From: an uncultured Nitrospiraceae bacterium
GTDB taxonomy: Bacteria; Nitrospirota; Nitrospiria; Nitrospirales; Nitrospiraceae
Assembly: GCA_963706325.1 (NCBI GenBank)
Contig: CAVPLT010000004.1
Location: 704,001 to 768,000 of the forward strand
Length of the DNA: 64,000 bases
Reading direction: 5' to 3'
Position 1 is the first letter of the stretch. Each line of letters starts with the position of its first letter. This document shows, piece after piece, positions 30,584 to 40,963 of the stretch. The position numbers were made by a program, and so were the translations under genes. The notes under the pieces were generated by a model. It ran no database searches. It was given only the letters and a program-made list of their open reading frames with translations, and was not told the origin of the DNA.

Positions 30584-33500
30584 GATTTCTTCGGCTGTTG
30601 TTGCAGGCCTACGGACCCTTCACCAATAAAGTCGTAGACTTTTCGATCGGTCACCCCAATTTGCATCTCATTTACGGGCCCAATGAAGCTGGGAAATCGT
30701 CGGCGCTGCGGGCCATGATAGACCTCCGATTCGGTATTCCGCCACGCAGCTCGGATGGCTTCGTTCATGCCGCGGGTGATCTACGTATCGGCGGGATTTT
30801 TGTTGATCAGGCGGGAGAGCGAATTGGCTTGGTCCGCCGGAAGGGTAGGGGTGCGACCCTCGCTCGTCTTGATGTCGAGACGGAACAGCCGGATACGACT
30901 CTGACAGTAGAGAGCCGATGTGAACGGGAATTGACCGGCGGGCTGGAGCGCGCCGAGTTTGAAGCCATGTTCGGACTCAACCATGCTCGTCTGCGCGAAG
31001 GCGGTCAAGTGCTGCTGAGCGGTGAGGGAAATCTAGGGGCAACTCTCTTCGAAGCGAGCGCGGGAACCAGCGGCATCGGGGATCTGTTGGCGGCCTTGGA
31101 AGTCGACGCGAAGAAGCTCTATAGCCCGCACGGTCGCGCGCAGAACGCGGTGATCAATGAGGCGCGCCGTCATCTCGATGAGCAGCGGCAGGCCTGGCGT
31201 CAGGCGCAGACGAAACCCGCCGATTGGCAGGCCCTGAATCGCACACATGAAGTCGCCGCGGCTGCGCTCGACGAGGTGACGAACACCTTGGAGCAGTTAC
31301 GCCGGCGCGAAAATGAACTGACGGAGCTGCGCACGGTTGAGCCATTGCTGCGAGAGCACGATCGTGTGGCGGCCGAGCTGCAGACTCTCGCCGCGATTCC
31401 GGACCTCACAGAGAACTTCCGCGAAGAACGATTGGCGGCCGCACAGGCCTTATCCCATGCGCAGCGAGATGTGAGAGAGGCCGAACGTGAACTCGACCGG
31501 TGCGCTCGCGCGCTCGATGCGCTGGTCCTTGAGCCGTTACTCCTTGAGCATGCAGACGCAATCGAACGATTGGTCTCCGGGGTCGCCGCTGCGGCTCGCC
31601 ATCGCATCGAGGTGCAACAACAGGATGCCGTCATGGCGAAGATTGAGAGTGACCTGGCGACAGCGGTTGCTCGGCTTGCACCGGGACGAGCTCTTGGTGA
31701 ACTGCTATCCATCATTCCTTCTGCCGCCGACCGCGTGGCGTTGGATGACCATTTGATTCAGGTAAGTCGACTGGGGGAACGACTCGATGGGTACCGGCAG
31801 CGTGCCGAGATGCTGGACCAGGCTCTGAGGCCGGACATTGATCAGCCCACGGTGCTGCTGGACCAGGCGGTCATGCAACGGCTGGCGGCGGCTGTTCGAA
31901 CGGGGCAATCGCTGGGTGACGTCGTTCGACGAACCACTGATGCCGATCGGCAGCTTCGGGAGCTCGATCGCAAGCTTGAACAGGCGCTGTCGGATTTAGG
32001 CGTCGTATCGGACTCGGCTCTGCGGCGTACTCAGCCCGTTTTGGAGGCACAGATCACCCTCACGAAGCAAAACTTGGCGGAGCTGGACGAGCAATTCAAG
32101 AAAATGCGTGATGAACAGCAGTTGGTGGGCCGTGACTTGGACAGTCAACAATTGCGGCAGCGGCAGCTGGCGGCGGAAGGTGAGGTGGTCACCGCCGAGA
32201 CCCTGCGCCGCGCCCGTTCAAGGCGAGATGAAGGCTGGGCCCTGATCCGTAGCGCCTATATCGAGCAGACTCAAAATGCCGCTGATCTTGCCCACGCCTT
32301 CGATCCGGCCAAACCATTGCCGGAAGCCTTCGAAGCAACCATGAGCGAAGCTGATCGACAAGCCGATTTGCTACGCGCTGATGCCAAGCGGGCCGCCGGC
32401 TTGGAGGAATGTTCCGTTCGAATCGCGCAGATGGACGCGCGTTGGAGCGAGATCGACCGTGACATGGCGGCCCTTGCCACCCGACGCGGCGAACTTCTGG
32501 CTTCATGGGCTCAGCGGCTGCGGGAGGCCGGTCTTCCGCAGCTTGATCCGGACATATTACGCGAATGGCAAGGGAGGCGACATGATGCCCTGCAGGTGGC
32601 CGAACGGGTGGCAGCGTTACGCGCTGATCGTGATCGGCTTGTTCAAGAAACTCGTGAAGCCGCGTCGAGTATTGCCGAAGCGCTTCGGGCGAGTCGCTGT
32701 CCTCTAACGGAAGCGAAGGTCGGAGTGGTGAATACACTGCCGTCGTTGATCGAGCAGGCCCTGCGATGGGAGCGGAGCGCCGTGGAGGTTGAAGCTGATC
32801 GCAGCGCGAAGCGTAAGGCTGCGCATACCCAGCGAGCCGAACGCGAGAAGGTGGGATGCCTGCTGGCCGAGACCGAGGCCGAAGCGCAGCGCCATGTATC
32901 CGCTCTGCAGGGATGGCATGCCAGATTGTTCCTGCCGTCCGGCACGATTCCAGATGCCGTCAAAGCCCGCTTGAATGAACTGGACAGCCTGGTCTGCCAG
33001 GCGTCGTCACTCAGCGACGCGAAACAGCGACAGGCCCATGTCCAAGCCATATTGGATGACCTTGGCAATCAGTCCGTCCAACTGGCCCTGCTTCTCGGTG
33101 ACACGATCCCTCAAGCTGCAGAGGACTTTGCCGATCGGCTGCGAGCACGATTGGCTGCGGCACGAGCCGGCGACCATGAGCGGGACACGTTGCTACGAGA
33201 CCGGCAGAAGGCGATGGACAAACAGCGGCAGGCTGAACTAGACCAATCTACGCAACAGGCTTTATTGGCGCAACTCTGCCTCGTTGCGGCTGTCGAGAGC
33301 GTCGAGAAACTTCCCGATCTTGAAGAGGGGGCCGCTCGCAAGCGAGCGGCTCACAAGTCTCTTCGGCAGGTGCGCCAGCAGATTGCCGCCGCATCATCGC
33401 GCTCTGAGGAGCAGCTTCGTCAGAAGCTCTCCGGCCGTGATGCCCTCACGATCGACGCCGAGCGCGCACATTGCCGCGAGGAGACCACTCGTCGCGAGCA

Positions 33501-34110
33501 GGCGCTGTCTGCCGCACGACAAGCCGAGGAACAGGCTCGCCGCGCATTGGAGGGCATCGACTCTTCCGACCGTGCCGCCCTGGCACGGGAGGCTATGGAA
33601 GCGGCGGCCGCCCGCTACCGCTCAGCCATCCGGCCCTGGGCCAGACTGAAATTGGCCCGTGCGCTGTTGCGGGAGGCTCTGAACCGTTTTCGCGAACGGG
33701 CGCAGGGGCCCATGGTCACTCTGGCTTCCAGCTACTTTTCTCTCATTACCGGCGGCCTGTATGAACGATTGGTAACGGATGATACAGAAGAACAGCCGAT
33801 TCTCTGCGCGCTCCGAGCCGGTGGCAGTCGAATCAAGGTCGAGGAAATGAGCGAAGGAACGGCAGATCAGCTCTATCTCGCGTTGCGTTTGGCCGCGCTG
33901 GAACTGCGGCGAACGTCACATCCGCAGATGCCGCTCGTGCTGGACGATGCCCTCATTACGTCCGACGATGAGCGAGCGGGAAACATCCTGCGGGCGTTGG
34001 CACGGTTCGCCGAGGGCGGACAGGTGATGATCTTTACCCACCACCGGCATTTGCTTGAGGTGGCGCGAGCGGCTCTCCGGGACCAAGCCGTCATCGCGCA
34101 TCACTTGTGA
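30580..34110 (+). CDS. YhaN-family SMC/Rad50-like ATPase (AAA_27)
   Basis: IYGPNEAGKS, long coiled coil, MSEGTADQLYLALRLA, LVLDD, FTHH; ATGA overlap with upstream nuclease. Confidence 0.9.
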   Translation: MRFLRLLLQAYGPFTNKVVDFSIGHPNLHLIYGPNEAGKSSALRAMIDLRFGIPPRSSDGFVHAAGDLRIGGIFVDQAGERIGLVRRKGRGATLARLDVETEQPDTTLTVESRCERELTGGLERAEFEAMFGLNHARLREGGQVLLSGEGNLGATLFEASAGTSGIGDLLAALEVDAKKLYSPHGRAQNAVINEARRHLDEQRQAWRQAQTKPADWQALNRTHEVAAAALDEVTNTLEQLRRRENELTELRTVEPLLREHDRVAAELQTLAAIPDLTENFREERLAAAQALSHAQRDVREAERELDRCARALDALVLEPLLLEHADAIERLVSGVAAAARHRIEVQQQDAVMAKIESDLATAVARLAPGRALGELLSIIPSAADRVALDDHLIQVSRLGERLDGYRQRAEMLDQALRPDIDQPTVLLDQAVMQRLAAAVRTGQSLGDVVRRTTDADRQLRELDRKLEQALSDLGVVSDSALRRTQPVLEAQITLTKQNLAELDEQFKKMRDEQQLVGRDLDSQQLRQRQLAAEGEVVTAETLRRARSRRDEGWALIRSAYIEQTQNAADLAHAFDPAKPLPEAFEATMSEADRQADLLRADAKRAAGLEECSVRIAQMDARWSEIDRDMAALATRRGELLASWAQRLREAGLPQLDPDILREWQGRRHDALQVAERVAALRADRDRLVQETREAASSIAEALRASRCPLTEAKVGVVNTLPSLIEQALRWERSAVEVEADRSAKRKAAHTQRAEREKVGCLLAETEAEAQRHVSALQGWHARLFLPSGTIPDAVKARLNELDSLVCQASSLSDAKQRQAHVQAILDDLGNQSVQLALLLGDTIPQAAEDFADRLRARLAAARAGDHERDTLLRDRQKAMDKQRQAELDQSTQQALLAQLCLVAAVESVEKLPDLEEGAARKRAAHKSLRQVRQQIAAASSRSEEQLRQKLSGRDALTIDAERAHCREETTRREQALSAARQAEEQARRALEGIDSSDRAALAREAMEAAAARYRSAIRPWARLKLARALLREALNRFRERAQGPMVTLASSYFSLITGGLYERLVTDDTEEQPILCALRAGGSRIKVEEMSEGTADQLYLALRLAALELRRTSHPQMPLVLDDALITSDDERAGNILRALARFAEGGQVMIFTHHRHLLEVARAALRDQAVIAHHL

Positions 34111-34153
34111 ATCCTTCCGACCTGTCTCCTGCCCTCCACGAGGGAATCCTCAT

Positions 34154-34430
34154 TCAGCGTCCCTCAGGAACCGGCTCGGGTCGACTTCCTTGCGGAAACT
34201 CGCGTCCAATCACCGGATCAAGGTTGAAAGCCACGCTGATGCGCGGCACGACGCCTCGATAGGTCGTGACTGCGTGGAAGAGCCATCCGGGGAAGAGCAC
34301 GCATTGGCCGGTTAGGGGAGTGAACGCGATATTCCTGCCCGCGTCATGGAGTTCCGGCATGTTGTAGTTGAGGTAGGGCGCCAGCATGCGCGGTAGGCAT
34401 CCTCTCGGATCCTAGAGTTGTAGGTCTCGC
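34154..34430 (-). pseudogene. C-terminal remnant of a TIGR02466-like 2OG-Fe(II) oxygenase
   Basis: DLQL*DPRG (in-frame TAG at 34412-34414), FPGWLFHAV, RISVAFN; N-terminal half absent. Confidence 0.65.
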
Positions 34431-34652
34431 TGATGATGACCGCTCGCTCCGTCGACATGGAATAGCTCTCTCAGGGTTCCGCCACCGTCGACGGCGCGTA
34501 CCGTATCGTTGGGAACACAGCCAACGTCTAATTGCGTCGCGAAGGCACGAAACGAACGGTGGAAAACGCTGCGCCTAGGGGTGTTGCCTAGTATGGGATT
34601 TCAGAGATCGGCGCTACAGTCGTACGACCGCGCATGGGCTGGAGGGTGAAGA

Positions 34653-34904
34653 ATGTCGGAGGAGACAAAAGATCTGCAGATGGCCGGCTGCCAAGTGCAT
34701 CTGACCTTTCATGCACTCTCAGGTGGACAATGGACGGTAGTCGGTGTCGTTCGATGCGGAGTGGACGAAAATCAGGGCGAGCAGTCGGTGGCGACCGGAC
34801 CATTTCCGAGCCGCGAAGAGGCGGAACAGGACGTCCTGGGCAGAATAGGGAACATCCTGGGTAACAACATTGATCGGAGCAGTTCGGGGGTTAAGAACTA
34901 TTAG
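34653..34904 (+). CDS. Hypothetical protein (83 aa)
   Basis: GGAGG RBS, protein-like composition, fills the intergenic gap. Confidence 0.55.
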   Translation: MSEETKDLQMAGCQVHLTFHALSGGQWTVVGVVRCGVDENQGEQSVATGPFPSREEAEQDVLGRIGNILGNNIDRSSSGVKNY

Positions 34905-35051
34905 CCGAATCCAGAAACCGTCTCTGTCGTCCAGCACCCGTCTAAGTCTGTCTCTCCACCGATACCATTGCCCGCACATCTGTTTCATTGGCCGAGAGGT
35001 AGGGCCGTATCGATGGTCCGCTTTGTCTAACCTCCTGCTAAGACATTTTGA

Positions 35052-35811
<760 letters not shown>

Positions 35812-35830
35812 CGATCCCCGTCGACTGGCG

Positions 35831-36448
35831 CTAAACGACCTTGGCTATGGAGTGGAGAGGCTTCAAGGGATGGTGTAACAGAGGCGGGCCAAGTGGAAAC
35901 AGGGCCTTGCCGGTGAAAGCCTGGGTGAGACTGCCGACGGCATGATAAAAGGCCATCAGGCCCACGATGATGTGTCCGATGCCTGGAAGCAGATCGGTGA
36001 TAAAGTCCAGCCTGGCAAAGGTCGTCGCCAACAGGGTCATCGTAATGACGACATGCAGGGCGCTGAGGGTGAGAGTTCGATAGGCCGTGAGATAGACCAT
36101 GACGGCAGAAAAGACAGCGTATACGAGATCAATGGGAGCGTACAGAGCATTGTCGAACTGGAACGTTGTGCTTGCGCTGACCAGTTTGACTGTGCACAGA
36201 GTGAGCCAGAGAAATCCATACATGGTCAATGCGGTGCCGCCCAGTTGTTCGTTGTAGCGAATGTCTGTAATCCCCGCGAGAAGTTGCACGACCCCGCCGA
36301 AGATCAGGGCGATGACCAGTGCCCCGACGAGATTCTTGTGAGGGATCCAGCCTAACTGTCCTACCCCAAGGGTGAGCGCCCCAACCGCCAAACCGAACAG
36401 GCCGATCGCCAGCACATCGATTCTTCGACTCTGATTATCTTCGATCAT
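35831..36448 (-). CDS. Acetate uptake transporter (GPR1/FUN34/YaaH, SatP-like)
   Basis: About 6 TM helices; FGGVVQLLAG, GGTALTMYGFLW; GGAGG RBS. Confidence 0.75.
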   Translation of the reverse strand: MIEDNQSRRIDVLAIGLFGLAVGALTLGVGQLGWIPHKNLVGALVIALIFGGVVQLLAGITDIRYNEQLGGTALTMYGFLWLTLCTVKLVSASTTFQFDNALYAPIDLVYAVFSAVMVYLTAYRTLTLSALHVVITMTLLATTFARLDFITDLLPGIGHIIVGLMAFYHAVGSLTQAFTGKALFPLGPPLLHHPLKPLHSIAKVV

Positions 36449-36676
36449 CGCGGTTCGCCTCCGACGCGAGCAGAGTGGGCGAGGGTTAGTACCAATCTGT
36501 TTCAGAAATGAACGGAAGCAAGGATGCAAGAGCCACGCACAAAAGGCAAGCAGGAAAATGTCGACCGACGCTTGGCTTTCCCGCGCGTTTTTCTGGGGGG
36601 ATGATGAGGATTTTGTGACAGGCGAGCCTTGAGGACCCGCTGATCGCGTCTATTTGAGGCCGAGCTCCGAGAAAGT

Positions 36677-36997
36677 TCAGCGATCGGATGACCCGGGCGG
36701 CCGTTCAAAGTCCGCTGAGGCGAGAAATTTTTCGAGGCGATTTAGCTGCAGCGGCTGGATGGACAGAAATTGGATACCGCGCTCTTTTCCACGCGCCCAT
36801 CGCACTGCGCCCAGATCCACAAGGACCGGCGGTTCTTCGTAGGCAAGTGACAGTCTGAGTGAAAGGTAGGTATTGACCGGTAACTGGTCGCCACATTCGA
36901 TGCGACAACCTTCAATCGAGAGATCCAGCAACGTTCCTTCGCCGGCGGCCGCGGAAGTTGTTGAAAGGGATATCTGGTAATGAACTTTCTGGTGCAT
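36677..36997 (-). CDS. PilZ domain protein
   Basis: DLSIEGC, AVRW, GIQF; the N-terminal RxxxR motif is not seen. Confidence 0.75.
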   Translation of the reverse strand: MHQKVHYQISLSTTSAAAGEGTLLDLSIEGCRIECGDQLPVNTYLSLRLSLAYEEPPVLVDLGAVRWARGKERGIQFLSIQPLQLNRLEKFLASADFERPPGSSDR

Positions 36998-37343
36998 TGT
37001 GATCCGGCCTTCTAACCTGACAAAGGTCGGGTCTATGTTTAGTGGAACGGTATTGATAGGAGTGACCCATGAGGCGAATCTCTAAATAATACAGCTCAGT
37101 AACTTTGCGGGTTCCCCCGCGACATTCAGCATAGAGGGCCTTAGAAACATGACGGGCATTCGCTATTGAAGACACATATCACAAGACGCATATGTAGGCG
37201 ATCACGATAATGTCTCCGACCGTTTGGAGTTGGGAAAATCCCTAGGGTCATTCGTATCTGGTCACGGTCCCTCGGTGGCAGGGGTCCAGTTTGATTTTTC
37301 AATCCACCGCCTTTTAGAATGCCGCCACCCATCACGACTGGTT

Positions 37344-38066
37344 ATGCTTACGAACTCACGCGCTCAAAAGCCTCAGCGTCCTAAAAAACAGTCGTCCAAG
37401 CAGACCGTCAAGCTGGCCCGCGGCCATAAACAGCGTTTTCAACAACGCCTCCTGAAATGGTACAAGCAGCACGGGCGCGACCTGCCCTGGAGGAAAACGT
37501 CGGATCCCTACCATATTCTCGTTTCAGAGGTGATGTTACAGCAGACGCAGGTTGACCGCGTCATCCCGAAGTATCATGAGTTTTTGGAGCGCTATCCGTC
37601 ATTTGAAGAACTTGCCGGGGCGCCCGTCGCCGAGGTCAAGCAAACCTGGTACCCCTTGGGATACAACATTCGTCCAGAACGGCTGCACAGTATCGCCTGT
37701 GAAACCGTCGTTCGGTATGGCGGCAAGCTCCCCAATGACGCTGATGAGCTGTTGTCCTTCAAAGGAATCGGTCGCTATACGGCGGGAGCGATTCGTTCGT
37801 TCGCGTTTAATGAGGATGCGCCCATCCTAGACACGAATGTGATCCGCGTGCTACATCGCGTGTTCATTGCGACCGGCGATCCCAAGACACAGAAGGCAGC
37901 TTTGTGGGAACTGTCCGAGGTCTTAATCCCTCGCGGGAAAGGATATGATTTTAATCAAGCCCTCATGGATTTCGGCGCCACGGTCTGCGCGGCTCGAGAT
38001 CCTTACTGCCTCCTCTGTCCGATGAAAACATTTTGTAAGACCTTCCCGTTCGAGGGCAGGAAGTGA
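37344..38066 (+). CDS. mutY: A/G-specific adenine glycosylase (short form, catalytic domain only)
   Basis: RDLPWR, VSEVMLQQT, GIGRYTAGA, DTNVIRV, NQALMD, C-x6-C-x2-C-x5-C. Confidence 0.88.
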   Translation: MLTNSRAQKPQRPKKQSSKQTVKLARGHKQRFQQRLLKWYKQHGRDLPWRKTSDPYHILVSEVMLQQTQVDRVIPKYHEFLERYPSFEELAGAPVAEVKQTWYPLGYNIRPERLHSIACETVVRYGGKLPNDADELLSFKGIGRYTAGAIRSFAFNEDAPILDTNVIRVLHRVFIATGDPKTQKAALWELSEVLIPRGKGYDFNQALMDFGATVCAARDPYCLLCPMKTFCKTFPFEGRK

Positions 38067-38084
38067 CGAGGTTCACGATTCTTC

Positions 38085-38477
38085 ATGAAGGTCATCGAGG
38101 TGGCGGCAGGCTTGATCATTCACGAGGGGCGTTATCTCATTGCGCGTCGAAAACAGGGTGTACATCTCGGTGGTTTGTGGGAATTTCCTGGCGGCAAGCG
38201 GGAAGCAGGCGAAACATTGGAGGAGTGTCTGCATCGGGAATTGTGGGAAGAGTTGAACGTGCGCATCGATATCCCCGTTCCCTTCCAGATCGTACATCAT
38301 GAATATCCCGAGAAAATTGTGGAACTGCATTTCTTCCGCTGCCGGATCGAGTCAGGCGAGGCGATCGCGCAGGATTGTGCGGAACTTCGATGGGTCTATC
38401 CTCATGAGATGGCCGCGTTCCAGTTTCCTTCGGCCGATCAGACCATTATCGCGGCGCTTCAGCAGGAAAGGGTGTAA
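38085..38477 (+). CDS. mutT: 8-oxo-dGTP diphosphatase (Nudix)
   Basis: WEFPGGKREAGETLEECLHRELWEEL, FPSAD. Confidence 0.85.
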   Translation: MKVIEVAAGLIIHEGRYLIARRKQGVHLGGLWEFPGGKREAGETLEECLHRELWEELNVRIDIPVPFQIVHHEYPEKIVELHFFRCRIESGEAIAQDCAELRWVYPHEMAAFQFPSADQTIIAALQQERV

Positions 38478-38483
38478 GGGCGC

Positions 38484-39200
38484 GTGAAGGTCGTGCTCGA
38501 CATAGAAACGGTTCAGGCTCCAAGAGAGGAATGGGCCCGTCTGGCCGGGAGGCAGCTCACCTGCGGGGCCGCGGCGTTCGTCGAAACGGGAGGGGATTTG
38601 TTCGCGGTCGCGGAAGCCGAGGCGCTACAGCGCCTTGATGAGGAGCTGTACGAAAAATCTTCGTTCGACGGAACCTTCAGCAAAATAGTTTGTATCGGGC
38701 TCCTGGAATTTTCTGACAATCTTGATCCTCGCGGTGCGACCTCCTGGTACGGTGAGAATGAACAGGAGTTGTTGCGCAGGTTCTGGGCCCACCTGGCGCA
38801 GCTGCGCCCGTCATTGTTCATTACGCACAACGGCCTCAATTTCGACCTGCCCTTTATTAAGAAGCGCTCGATCATCCACCAGGTGAGGCCGACCATGGAG
38901 ATCAATCTGGCCAAGTTTCGGTCAGAACCGGTCTACGACACCATGTCCATCTGGAGTAATTGGGACAATCGCGGGTGGGTCAAACTCGACGTCCTGGCGC
39001 GGGCGCTCAACGTGGAAAGCAAGTCTGGGAGCGGGTCCCAGGTGGCGCAAATGTGGGCTGATGGACAGGGGAAAGAGATCGCGCTGTACTGTCTACAAGA
39101 TACCTATGTGACCTACGGATGCTATTGCCGCATGAACTTCAAGCAGCCGATTTCACGAGAGGTGGTGCTGCTGAGGCCAGAATTGATCGATGTAGGGTGA
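38484..39200 (+). CDS. PolB-like 3'-5' exonuclease (RNase H-like)
   Basis: LDIET, HNGLNFDLPF, YCLQD. Confidence 0.85.
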   Translation: MKVVLDIETVQAPREEWARLAGRQLTCGAAAFVETGGDLFAVAEAEALQRLDEELYEKSSFDGTFSKIVCIGLLEFSDNLDPRGATSWYGENEQELLRRFWAHLAQLRPSLFITHNGLNFDLPFIKKRSIIHQVRPTMEINLAKFRSEPVYDTMSIWSNWDNRGWVKLDVLARALNVESKSGSGSQVAQMWADGQGKEIALYCLQDTYVTYGCYCRMNFKQPISREVVLLRPELIDVG

Positions 39201-39217
39201 GCGAATAGAGCCGGGGG

Positions 39218-40273
39218 TCAGCGAATGGTGAGCTCCGCGCTGTGGCGCTTATCCGGTTTTGACTGAGTCTGCCTGGTGCTTTTCACGGCCCGAAGTTCCT
39301 TGTCCCTCGTTTCAAGCTGTGTGCGCATTGATTCCAAATCTCTCCGTAGCGCGCTGATTTTGGCATCTTTCCGAGCCATCGCTCGCCGTGCATCTTCCAA
39401 TTCCTGCAGCGTTTCGCTTAATCGTTCGTCCTGAAGCGGTGAGGCCTGCATCGCAGGTTTGTCCATTCCCGGTTGTGCCACCGTCGGCGAGTTTTTGGAA
39501 GGCTGTTCGTCTGTGGCGGCGGCAACCAAAACTCGAGGAGGCGTCAGTTGCTGAACCGGTTGAGACGTCGGTACGGCTGTTGCCGCCGTCACCTTCGGAC
39601 CCGGCTTCGGCTGCTTGGCAAACAGAAATTCCCTATAGTCGATGGCAAGAGACTTAAGATCTTGTCGGCCATGGGCGATTGAGGGCAAGGCCGGCTCGAT
39701 CTGCCCGGCTGATTCCGGGGCAATCGTCACGACGCGCGCGGGTCGTCCGCCGCTAAACCACGACGCTTCGATTTTCTCAAGCGGGCCCTGGTGCTCGCTC
39801 AGAGTGAGGTAGAGCCTATCGTTCCGAACGTAAAGGGTGCCCGCGGTGGGTTCAGAGCCTGACCCTGCCGATGAGGACAGATGGAAAGCGACCACATATT
39901 CAGGTCGCGCTTGAGACAACGCTTGGGCTAGCAGGGGAGCAAGAAATCGAACGTCCTCATCGCTGAATACTCTCATCGGCTTGCTGCCATCCACGGGCAA
40001 ATTGGATCCATCCTGATGTGCGTCAGAGATCATGACAGCGCGCAACAGACTATCGATGGTGACGGCCTCGAGGGCGCTGGGGTGAGCAGCTTCAAATTCC
40101 CAATCGGCAACTTCTTCGAGCCGGACAGAACCGGTCGGTTGTGTCGCGGATGTTGGGTGCTCGACCACCGAAGTCGACGAACAGCCTGCGGCCAGGGCTC
40201 CCATCAAGGTTAATCCCAGTAATCCGGAGGTCAAGGTCTGCGTGAGGGGATCGTGAGAGCCGCGGATTCGCAT
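39218..40273 (-). CDS. Hypothetical lipoprotein with C-terminal coiled coil
   Basis: Lipobox AAGC, low-complexity linker, heptad-rich C-terminus. Confidence 0.7.
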   Translation of the reverse strand: MRIRGSHDPLTQTLTSGLLGLTLMGALAAGCSSTSVVEHPTSATQPTGSVRLEEVADWEFEAAHPSALEAVTIDSLLRAVMISDAHQDGSNLPVDGSKPMRVFSDEDVRFLAPLLAQALSQARPEYVVAFHLSSSAGSGSEPTAGTLYVRNDRLYLTLSEHQGPLEKIEASWFSGGRPARVVTIAPESAGQIEPALPSIAHGRQDLKSLAIDYREFLFAKQPKPGPKVTAATAVPTSQPVQQLTPPRVLVAAATDEQPSKNSPTVAQPGMDKPAMQASPLQDERLSETLQELEDARRAMARKDAKISALRRDLESMRTQLETRDKELRAVKSTRQTQSKPDKRHSAELTIR

Positions 40274-40357
40274 GGCGTCTTCCTTCTCGGCTGGTTGAGC
40301 GAAGGGATCAATTGGCGCGGCTTCATGACGAAGGCGCGTGCTGACAGAAAATTTTGG

Positions 40358-40489
40358 CTACCAGATGCCGAGGCCCATCATCACCACCCCGAGGGCCATC
40401 CACCCGAAGACGCCGACAGCGATGATGGTTTCCAAGCTCATGCCTCGCGGGGCCTCTTCTGCGCAACTCTGAACGGTCTCTTTCTTCAT
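40358..40489 (-). CDS. Small single-TM protein (43 aa; absent from ORF track)
   Basis: MKKETVQSCAEEAPRGMSLETIIAVGVFGWMALGVVMMGLGIW; GAGGA RBS. Confidence 0.5.
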   Translation of the reverse strand: MKKETVQSCAEEAPRGMSLETIIAVGVFGWMALGVVMMGLGIW

Positions 40490-40558
40490 GATGGGCGGTC
40501 CTCTAGGAGCAGGGTCTGAGGTTGATCAACAAAGTGTTTCTAGTTGCGAGAATGGACC

Positions 40559-40575
40559 AAGCAAAGGCTATGCCC
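40559..40575 (-). promoter_or_regulatory. Candidate sigma54 -24/-12 promoter
   Basis: Minus strand GGGCATAGCCTTTGCTT (GG-N10-GC). Confidence 0.5.
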
Positions 40576-40963
40576 TGTTTCCATGAACTTACGGAGCAAT
40601 GTTCGGCATCCCCTGGAGCTGAGAAATGAGGGTGAGGCGAGGAACGATGCAGGAAAGCTCGTGGCGAAGGAGGCTGACTAAGCTATTGATGTTTCAAGAC
40701 AGAAAAGTCCCTTCGTTGGGAATGGTTGGCGCCAGTGAAGCCCTTTGTGAAACCGGGAACGGAGCGACCAGTGAACGTGAAGGCTCACGCATAGGCTGTC
40801 AGTCTGACGAAAGTGGCGTCTAAAAATTGGCAACGGTTGTTCAGGACTGAGCACCATGTCCTCAACGACAGGGCGTGATCGACCTGTTGCGGTCGGGCCC
40901 CGGTGGAGACGTGACGATCTTGATGCGAAGCCGGCGCCATGCTGTGCAGGTGACGGGAACGAT

